A stretch of DNA of 14,342 nt from a virus (taxonomy: Duplodnaviria > Heunggongvirae > Uroviricota > Caudoviricetes): IMG/VR virus record IMGVR_UViG_2695420539_000017; one strand, given 5' to 3'. Position 1 is the stretch's first letter. Each line of letters opens with the position of its first letter. The notes under the pieces were generated by a model that saw nothing but the letters and a program-made list of their open reading frames with translations, made no database searches and had not been told where the DNA came from. Below, piece by piece: positions 8,912 to 14,342 of this stretch. Position numbers and translations under genes: made by a program.

Positions 8912-9067
8912 ATGAAGCAGCAAAAGGCGATGTTAATCGCCCTGATCGTCATCTGTTTAACCGTCATAGTGACGACACTGGTAACGAGGAAAGACCTCTG
9001 CGAGGTACGAATCCGAACCGGCCAGACGGAGGTCGCTGTCTTCACAGCTTACGAACCTGAGGAGTAA
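8912..9067 (+). CDS. hokD: Hok-family type I toxin (HokD/RelF-like), 51 aa
   Basis: MKQQKAMLIALIVICLTVIVTTLVTRKDLCEVRIRTGQTEVAVFTAYEPEE matches HokD as I recall it; AAGGAG 9 nt upstream of ATG 8912. The track ORF 8855..9067 is an in-frame upstream extension. Confidence 0.9.
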   Translation: MKQQKAMLIALIVICLTVIVTTLVTRKDLCEVRIRTGQTEVAVFTAYEPEE

Positions 9068-9137
9068 GAGACCCGGCGAGGGAGAAATCCCTCGCCACCT
9101 CTGATGTGGCAGGCATCCTCAACGCACCCGCACTTAA

Positions 9138-9160
9138 CCCGCTTCGGCGGGTTTTTGTTT
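9138..9160 (+). terminator. Rho-independent terminator downstream of hok
   Basis: CCCGC-TTCG-GCGGG hairpin followed by TTTTTGTTTTT. A 9-bp perfect stem with GAAA loop (9074-9095) lies just upstream. Confidence 0.7.
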
Positions 9161-9175
9161 TTATTTTCAACGCGT

Positions 9176-9205
9176 TTGAAGTTCTGGACGGCGCCGGAAT
9201 AGAAT
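9176..9205 (+). promoter_or_regulatory. Candidate promoter for rem (-35 TTGAAG 9176-9181, 18-bp spacer, -10 TAGAAT 9200-9205)
   Basis: Hexamers and spacing read directly from the sequence; no experimental support. Confidence 0.35.
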
Positions 9206-9283
9206 CAAAAATACTTAAGTAGCGCGCAGGGATAAGAGGGATGGTCCCTTAAAGGGGAGAGCTAATTATCCGGAAGGATTCTG

Positions 9284-9535
9284 ATGATGAACATCGAAGA
9301 ACTGCGTAAAATTTTTTGTGAAGATGGCCTCTATGCTGTGTGCGTTGAAAATGGAAATCTTGTTAGTCATTACCGCATTATGTGTTTGCGAAAGAATGGG
9401 GCTGCGTTAATTAATTTTGTGGATGGTCGAGTGACAGACGGATTTATCTTGCGCGAAGGTGAGTTTGTCACTTCATTACAGGCACTGAAAGAGATCGGAA
9501 TAAAAGCAGGCTTTTCAGCTTTTGCAGAAGAATAA
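9284..9535 (+). CDS. rem: Rem-like small prophage protein, 83 aa
   Basis: Complete ORF (MMNIEELRKIFCEDGLYAVCVENGNL...) with GGAAGG ribosome-binding site; sits next to hokD as in Qin. Confidence 0.8.
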   Translation: MMNIEELRKIFCEDGLYAVCVENGNLVSHYRIMCLRKNGAALINFVDGRVTDGFILREGEFVTSLQALKEIGIKAGFSAFAEE

Positions 9536-9601
9536 ACTCATCTACAATCTTGCGCGGGGCTGAACTCCCGCTGAGTAACACCGTGCCACCGGAGAAAACC
9601 G

Positions 9602-9880
9602 ATGGCACGCAACGTAAAATATTACAATTCTGATAATTCGCCCGTTCTTGCCTGCACGCACGAGCGGTATTCTCACGCATTCAAGTCTGAATGGTTCCAA
9701 CACCCTCCATGTACTGAAGAGCAGGCTGAATGGACAATTCAGTGTTACCGCAGGCGCGGATACGAGGTTAAGAAAGCCCTTAGTCTCGACTACCGTCACT
9801 GGATAATCTCCGTCAGGCTTCCTTACTCTGAACGCCCACCGCGTCCGTCTCGCACATTCCAGCAACGCATCTGGAGGTAA
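9602..9880 (+). CDS. Hypothetical phage protein, 92 aa
   Basis: Complete ORF with GGAGA upstream of ATG 9602; its stop is 1 nt before the YdfU-like start. No family recognised. Confidence 0.55.
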   Translation: MARNVKYYNSDNSPVLACTHERYSHAFKSEWFQHPPCTEEQAEWTIQCYRRRGYEVKKALSLDYRHWIISVRLPYSERPPRPSRTFQQRIWR

Positions 9881-9881
9881 C

Positions 9882-10931
9882 GTGCGGGTATTACTTCGAC
9901 CTGTTCTGGTACCGGAACTCGGGCTGGTGATCGTTAAGCCGGGCCGTGAATCCATGCCAGTATTCCACAATACCCGGGTATTGATGGAGCCGGAACCGAA
10001 AAGCATGCGTAATCTGCCGTCCGGGGTCGTTCCTGCCGTTCGCCAGCCGCTGGTGGAAGACAAAACATTGCTGCCGTTTTTCAGTAACGCACGGGTGATT
10101 CGTGCTGCTGGTGGTGCTGGTGCATTGTCTGACTGGCTGTTGCGCCATATTAAATCCTGCCAGTGGCCACACGGCGATTATCATCACAGCGAAACTGTCA
10201 TTCACCGTTATGGTACCGGCGCAATGGTGTTGTGCTGGCACTGCGACAACCAGCTGCGTGACCAGACATCCGAATCACTCGAGCAACTTGCTCATCAAAA
10301 CCTGTCAGCATGGATGATTGACGTCATCGGTCACGCAATAAGCGGTACGCAGGAGCGTGAATTATCTTTGGCTGAATTATCCTGGTGGGCGGTCCGCAAT
10401 CAGGTGGCGGACGCGCTACCGGAAGCGGTATTACGTCGTTCGCTGGGGGGGCGTGCGGAAAAAATCCGCTCAATGTACCGTGAAAGCGACATCGTGCCGG
10501 GAGAGCAGACCGCCACCAGCATACTGAAGCAGCGCACAAAAAATCTTGCGCCGTTGCTTCACACCCACCAGCCACAGAACCCAGCACAGGAAAAGGCGGT
10601 GGTCAGCATTACCGTTGATCCGGAGTCTCCGGAATCTTTCATGAGGCGACCTAAACGTCGCCGTTGGGTAAATGAGAAATATACGAGCTGGGTGAAGACA
10701 CAGCCGTGTGCGTGTTGTGGTCAGCCAGCCGACGATCCCCATCACCTGATTGGTCACGGTCAGGGAGGGATGGGAACAAAATCCCACGATATTTTCACGC
10801 TACCGCTGTGTCGGGAGCATCACAACGAGCTTCATGCGGATCCGCTGGCGTTCGAAGAAAAGCATGGTTCCCAGATTGATTTAATTTTTCGTTTTCTTGA
10901 TCACGCCTTTGCAACCGGCGTGCTCGGGTAA
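9882..10931 (+). CDS. ydfU: DUF968 / YdfU-like protein (349 aa) with C-terminal HNH-like Cys/His motif
   Basis: GTG start with GGAGG 6 nt upstream; length matches Qin YdfU (349 aa). C-terminal CACCGQPADDPHHLIGHG...SHDIFTLPLCREHHNELH (about 10706-10836). Confidence 0.8.
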   Translation: MRVLLRPVLVPELGLVIVKPGRESMPVFHNTRVLMEPEPKSMRNLPSGVVPAVRQPLVEDKTLLPFFSNARVIRAAGGAGALSDWLLRHIKSCQWPHGDYHHSETVIHRYGTGAMVLCWHCDNQLRDQTSESLEQLAHQNLSAWMIDVIGHAISGTQERELSLAELSWWAVRNQVADALPEAVLRRSLGGRAEKIRSMYRESDIVPGEQTATSILKQRTKNLAPLLHTHQPQNPAQEKAVVSITVDPESPESFMRRPKRRRWVNEKYTSWVKTQPCACCGQPADDPHHLIGHGQGGMGTKSHDIFTLPLCREHHNELHADPLAFEEKHGSQIDLIFRFLDHAFATGVLG

Positions 10932-10943
10932 AAGAGGTTACTG

Positions 10944-11303
10944 ATGCGTATAGAGTTTGTTTTGCCTTACCCGCCAACGGTGAACACCTACTGGCGGCGT
11001 CGTGGCAGCACATATTTTGTATCAAAAGTCGGTGAGCGTTATCGCCGTGATGTGGCGCTTATTGTTCGCCAGCAGCAACTGAAATTAAACCTGTCCGGAA
11101 GGCTGGCAATAAAAATTATTGCAGAGCCACCGGATAAGCGCCGTCGTGACCTGGACAATATCCTGAAGGCACCACTGGATGCACTGACGCATGCGGGGCT
11201 GCTCATAGACGACGAGCAGTTTGATGAAATTAATATTGTGCGCGGTCAGCTTGTTCCTGGTGGGCGGTTGGGGATAAAAATCACAGAACTGGGGTGCGCA
11301 TGA
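10944..11303 (+). CDS. rusA: RusA-family Holliday junction resolvase, 119 aa
   Basis: AAGAGG ribosome-binding site; conserved RusA-like core ...PDKRRRDLDNILKAPLDALTHAGLLIDDEQ... resembling E. coli RusA (...[20 protein letters not shown]...). Confidence 0.85.
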   Translation: MRIEFVLPYPPTVNTYWRRRGSTYFVSKVGERYRRDVALIVRQQQLKLNLSGRLAIKIIAEPPDKRRRDLDNILKAPLDALTHAGLLIDDEQFDEINIVRGQLVPGGRLGIKITELGCA

Positions 11304-11989
11304 ATAACCAGTATTTACAGTTTGTGCGTGAGCAGCTCATTATCGCCACCGCTGATTTGAGTGGGGCAACAAAAGGTCAGCTTGAAGCCTGGCAGGAGAA
11401 TGCCATGTTCGATACAGGGCGTTACAGGCGTAAAAAAATCCGGTACCGCGATGAAGTGACTGGAAAAATGATAACGCGGGATAATCCACCAATCCCGGGA
11501 AAGCAATCGCTGGCGAAGGGGACGTCAATTCCTCTGGTCAGTCCGATTGAGTTTTCGACATCATCGTGGCGGCGGGCTGTTCTGTCTCTTGAAGAACATC
11601 ATAAAGCCTGGTTGTTGTGGTGTTACAGCGGGAGTATTTGTTGGGAATATCAGATCGCGATAACACAGTGGGCGTGGAATGAATTTAATACTCAATCCGG
11701 TACCAGAAAAATTGCAGGGAAAACGCAGGAACGCCTGAAAAAATTAATCTGGCTGGCGGCGCAGGCAGTAAAAGCAGAACTTTTTGGTGGGGAAGGTTAT
11801 GAATACAAGGAGCTGGCATTACTGGTGGGAGTGACAACTAAAAACTGGTCCAAAACATTTACTCGTCACTGGGTTGCAATGAAACACATTTTTCACCGAC
11901 TGGATAGTGAGGCTTTATTGTTTGTAATGAGAACGCGTTCAAAACAAAAGGCGGCATTTTCAAAGCAAAGTGTTGCAAAAGTAGATTGA
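11300..11989 (+). CDS. Q-like late-gene antiterminator (QuuQ-type), 229 aa; start overlaps the rusA stop (ATGA)
   Basis: Last ORF of the nin-like region, immediately upstream of a PR'/tR'-like promoter-terminator pair and the tRNA cluster. Call rests mainly on position; sequence family not verified. Confidence 0.55.
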   Translation: MNNQYLQFVREQLIIATADLSGATKGQLEAWQENAMFDTGRYRRKKIRYRDEVTGKMITRDNPPIPGKQSLAKGTSIPLVSPIEFSTSSWRRAVLSLEEHHKAWLLWCYSGSICWEYQIAITQWAWNEFNTQSGTRKIAGKTQERLKKLIWLAAQAVKAELFGGEGYEYKELALLVGVTTKNWSKTFTRHWVAMKHIFHRLDSEALLFVMRTRSKQKAAFSKQSVAKVD

Positions 11990-12001
11990 AAGGCATATAT
12001 T
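11973..12001 (+). promoter_or_regulatory. Candidate late promoter PR' (-35 TTGCAA 11973-11978, 17-bp spacer, -10 TATATT 11996-12001)
   Basis: Located at the 3' end of the Q-like gene and about 55 nt upstream of a strong intrinsic terminator, as in lambdoid PR'-tR' units. Confidence 0.4.
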
Positions 12002-12052
12002 TCATGCAAATCTGATATTTTGCCGATTTTGTACGTGATGGCAAAAGCAAAC

Positions 12053-12080
12053 AAAACCCGCCCACAAGCGGGTTTTTTTG
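12053..12080 (+). terminator. tR'-like rho-independent terminator
   Basis: CCCGC-CCACAA-GCGGG hairpin (12057-12072) followed by TTTTTTT (12073-12079). Confidence 0.8.
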
Positions 12081-12199
12081 TGCCACTTATCTCGGATAGA
12101 CATGGTGAATGCGCTGGTGGAGGAAGCAAGGGTAATTTTTAACCAGGTGATTCTTGAATGCTTGCAACATTGATTTCGTAACGTTATTATCCTGCGCCC

Positions 12200-12275
12200 G
12201 GCCCTTTAGCTCAGTGGTGAGAGCGAGCGACTCATAATCGCCAGGCCGCTGGTTCAAATCCAGCAAGGGCCACCA
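12200..12275 (+). tRNA. ileZ: tRNA-Ile2 type (anticodon CAU, ileX/ileZ-like; could formally be annotated Met)
   Basis: Cloverleaf: acceptor GGCCCTT/AAGGGCC, D-stem GCTC, anticodon loop CTCATAA, T-arm GCTGG-TTCAAAT-CCAGC, encoded CCA. Close to E. coli ileX from memory. Gene symbol by analogy with Stx phages. Confidence 0.8.
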
Positions 12276-12282
12276 TCACATA

Positions 12283-12359
12283 CCGCCATTAGCTCATCGG
12301 GATAGAACGCCAGCCTTCGAAGCTGGTTTCGCGGGGTTCGAGTCTCCGATGGCGGTCCA
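12283..12359 (+). tRNA. argN: tRNA-Arg (anticodon UCG by my fold)
   Basis: Anticodon stem CCAGC/GCTGG with loop CTTCGAA; T-loop TTCGAGT; acceptor CCGCCAT/ATGGCGG; encoded CCA. One D-stem mismatch and a C1-G72 pair are atypical. Symbol by positional analogy only. Confidence 0.65.
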
Positions 12360-12372
12360 TTATCGGTATTCT

Positions 12373-12449
12373 GCGTTTTTAGCTCAGCCGGACAGAGCAA
12401 TTGCCTTCTAAGCAATCGGTCACTGGTTCGAACCCAGTACAACGCACCA
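12373..12449 (+). tRNA. argO: tRNA-Arg (anticodon UCU, reads AGA)
   Basis: Anticodon stem ATTGC/GCAAT with loop CTTCTAA; T-arm ACTGG-TTCGAAC-CCAGT; encoded CCA; one acceptor-stem mismatch. Symbol by positional analogy only. Confidence 0.7.
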
Positions 12450-12618
12450 CACTTATTTTCCCTCGCTCGCTTTTGCGGACCTTTTTTGTATCCGCACCAC
12501 GCCCGGCGCATACCAACCACAGAGCCTTTCGGGGGGAGCTTATGGAGTGGTCAGTGTGACTTTCTCTGTGGGCAGATCGCTCCCGGGCGTTGGCTCACCC
12601 ACCCAAAGGAACGTCACG

Positions 12619-13051
12619 ATGTTTGGTATTTTTGGTAAAAAAAGCCCGCAGAGCGGCAACGGAAATTAAAAAGTTTGAAAAACGCGATCTGGCACAGGTG
12701 GTGATTAACGCCGCATACCTGGTGGCCTGTGCAGATGGTGAATGTGAGGCTTCCTAGAAAGCGAAGATCGAACAGGTACTGCGTAATCAGCCTGCGCTGT
12801 ACGCGTTTACGTCAGAAATTAATGCGATTAGCGCAACCATTATCGGTCAGCTGGATACGAACTTTAAAACTGGTCGTCGTGCGGCGTTACGTGAGATCGA
12901 GGATGTGAAACACGATACGCGTGAAGCGGAAGATGTGCTGGATGTGGCGGTGGCCATTGCGGAGGCAGACGGCGAAATTGAGCCGGAAGAGCGCAAGGTG
13001 CTGGAAGAGATTGCCGGTGTTCTGGGTCTTCGTCTGGAGAATTACCTGTGA
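12619..13051 (+). pseudogene. TerB-like domain gene, disrupted (frameshift in an A7 run plus in-frame TAG)
   Basis: ATG 12619 frame (MFGIFGKK...) stops at 12667 after the A-run 12637-12643. The adjacent frame encodes ...KKFEKRDLAQVVINAAYLVACADGECEAS, TAG at 12755-12757, then KAKIEQVLRNQPALYAF...EAEDVLDVAVAIAEADGEIEPEERKVLEEIAGVLGLRLENYL, stop 13049-13051. Confidence 0.65.
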
Positions 13052-13215
13052 CGGTAAAACTGCGCCTGACTGTGGCTGCACTCCTGCTGTTTCTGGTGGT
13101 GATGGTGGATTTCACCAGCAGAATCATGTCGGTGCTGGCGGATGGGGTGCTGGTCTGCGGCATTATGGTATTGCTGTGGCCGGTGATAAAAAGAAACAGC
13201 CTGCATAATGCTTGA
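13048..13215 (+). CDS. Candidate small membrane protein (55 aa from GTG 13048; internal ATGs at 13102 and 13126)
   Basis: Hydrophobic product ...LTVAALLLFLVVMVDFTSRIMSVLADGVLVCGIMVLLWPVIKRNSLHNA; GGAGA 8 nt upstream of the GTG, which overlaps the TerB-frame stop. Confidence 0.4.
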   Translation: MTVKLRLTVAALLLFLVVMVDFTSRIMSVLADGVLVCGIMVLLWPVIKRNSLHNA

Positions 13216-13415
13216 TTTTTTTGTTTGCTGTTTATTAAAAACACTTCTGCATGGTGAATCCCCCTGTGCGGTGGGGCAATCAGCAAGAAGGAATATGGGG
13301 TAATCGCGGATTCAGGTGCTGATACTGAATTCACCGGGAGGCACCCGGCACCATGCTTTGCCACAAAAGTGTTATTTCTGTTTTTCTCAAACTATCATCG
13401 TTATCCCTTTATTTT

Positions 13416-13443
13416 CGGCTGCGCATGGCGCGGCCTTTTTTTT
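13416..13443 (+). terminator. Rho-independent terminator upstream of the esterase gene
   Basis: CGGCTGCGC-ATG-GCGCGGCC hairpin (13416-13435) followed by TTTTTTTT (13436-13443). Confidence 0.6.
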
Positions 13444-13529
13444 ACGACCAGCCACTGGCAGATGGTCATCCTGTGATTTGATTCCGCTTCCGGCTTTTTA
13501 ACTCTGTTCCTCTACACGGGAGAAATTCG

Positions 13530-14342
13530 ATGTCGATTAAACATTATGATGTTGTCAGGGCGGCGTCGCCGTCAGACCTTGCGGAAAAGCTGACACACAA
13601 ACTGAAAGAGGGCTGGCAGCCATACGGCGGACCGGTTGCCATTACGCCGTACACACTGATGCAGGCGGTGGCTATTGAAGGAGAGCCACAGGTCGGCCCT
13701 TCATCTGAGCCGGATTGGTACTACGTCATCGTACTGGCCGGGCAGTCCAATGCCATGGCTTACGGTGAAGGGCTTCCGCTGCCGGATTCATACGATGCTC
13801 CGGATCCGCGCATTAAACAGCTGGCGCGCCGCAGTACAGTGACGCCGGGCGGGGCTGCCTGCAGATATAACGATATTATTCCGGCTGACCACTGTCTGCA
13901 TGATGTGCAGGATATGAGTACGCTGAATCATCCGAGGGCTGACCTGAGCAAAGGGCAGTACGGCTGTGTCGGCCAGGGTTTACATATTGCCAAAAAACTG
14001 CTCCCGTATATCCCGAATAACGCGGGGATCCTGCTGGTACCATGCTGTCGTGGTGGTTCGGCATTTACCCAGGGCGCGGAGGGGACATTCAGCGAGTCCA
14101 CGGGGGCCAGTCAGGATTCGGCACGCTGGGGGGTGGGCAAGCCGTTATATCAGGATCTGATTTCCCGCACAAAAGCGGCATTGCAGAAAAATCCCAAAAA
14201 CGTTCTGCTGGCCGTCTGCTGGATGCAGGGTGAGTTTGACATGAGCGCCGCCACCCACGCACAGCAACCTGCGCTGTTTACAGCCATGCTGACACAGTTT
14301 CGTGCTGACCTCTCCGTGTTTAACGCGCAGTGCCATGGTGGC
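13530..14342 (+). CDS. Prophage sialate O-acetylesterase NanS-p-like (DUF1737 N-terminus + SGNH/SASA domain), 5' part only
   Basis: ATG 13530 with GGGAGA upstream; open to the window end. N-terminus MSIKHYDVVRAASPSDLAEKLTHKLKEGWQPYGGPV... and GQSN motif at residues 71-74, typical of the esterase gene found downstream of stx in Stx phages. Confidence 0.8.
   Translation, partial: MSIKHYDVVRAASPSDLAEKLTHKLKEGWQPYGGPVAITPYTLMQAVAIEGEPQVGPSSEPDWYYVIVLAGQSNAMAYGEGLPLPDSYDAPDPRIKQLARRSTVTPGGAACRYNDIIPADHCLHDVQDMSTLNHPRADLSKGQYGCVGQGLHIAKKLLPYIPNNAGILLVPCCRGGSAFTQGAEGTFSESTGASQDSARWGVGKPLYQDLISRTKAALQKNPKNVLLAVCWMQGEFDMSAATHAQQPALFTAMLTQFRADLSVFNAQCHGG

Noticed and set aside
8855-9067. 70-aa N-terminally extended Hok ORF from the track
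   Set aside because: The canonical 51-aa Hok begins at ATG 8912 with its own AAGGAG. The upstream in-frame ATG sits at the mok-like position and is more likely regulatory; not annotated as the toxin start.
9542-10787. Several minus-strand ORFs (up to 173 aa) across the 92-aa ORF and ydfU region
   Set aside because: They are antisense to confident plus-strand genes in GC-rich DNA, where long spurious frames are common, and none has a start context.
12254-12520. Minus-strand 88-aa ORF
   Set aside because: It overlaps the second and third tRNA genes on the opposite strand; an artefact of tRNA sequence.
12921-13208. Plus-strand 95-aa ORF
   Set aside because: It is out of frame across the TerB-like remnant and the small membrane ORF, with an Arg/Trp-rich product; the other two frames explain the region better.
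12450-13529. Shiga toxin genes (stxA/stxB) at the expected position between the tRNA cluster and nanS-p
   Set aside because: No ORFs of the right size or character are present; the slot holds the TerB-like remnant and a small ORF instead.

Overview
This window is a segment of a lambdoid, Qin-like prophage of an Escherichia/Shigella-type genome, read from the immunity region into the start of the late operon. Identifications rest on reading the sequence and on recalled protein and RNA sequences; no database search was run. Left to right: the DicA-repressed division-inhibition operon on the minus strand (dicB partial, dicF sRNA, ydfC, ydfB, ydfA, dicA) with divergent dicC; an early/replication module (a 173-aa early protein, a lambda-O-like initiator with iterons and an AT-rich tract inside its coding sequence, and a 140-aa protein); an IS911-like element (4087-5335) inserted exactly at the last sense codon of that 140-aa gene; a visibly AT-rich ~3 kb cargo island (about 5340-8450) with three genes; a small hydrophobic ORF; a hok-family toxin locus (hokD-like); rem; a 92-aa ORF; a DUF968/YdfU-like protein; RusA; a Q-like antiterminator; a PR'/tR'-like late leader; three tRNAs (Ile-CAU, Arg-UCG, Arg-UCU); and, where Stx phages carry stxAB, a degraded TerB-like gene plus a small membrane ORF, followed by the 5' part of a nanS-p-type esterase gene. 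The best candidate for an undescribed system is the AT-rich island: a 299-aa protein with an RNxxxH (HEPN-like) motif, convergent with a translationally coupled membrane-protein/SAM-methyltransferase pair. No CRISPR array, rRNA or integrase was found.
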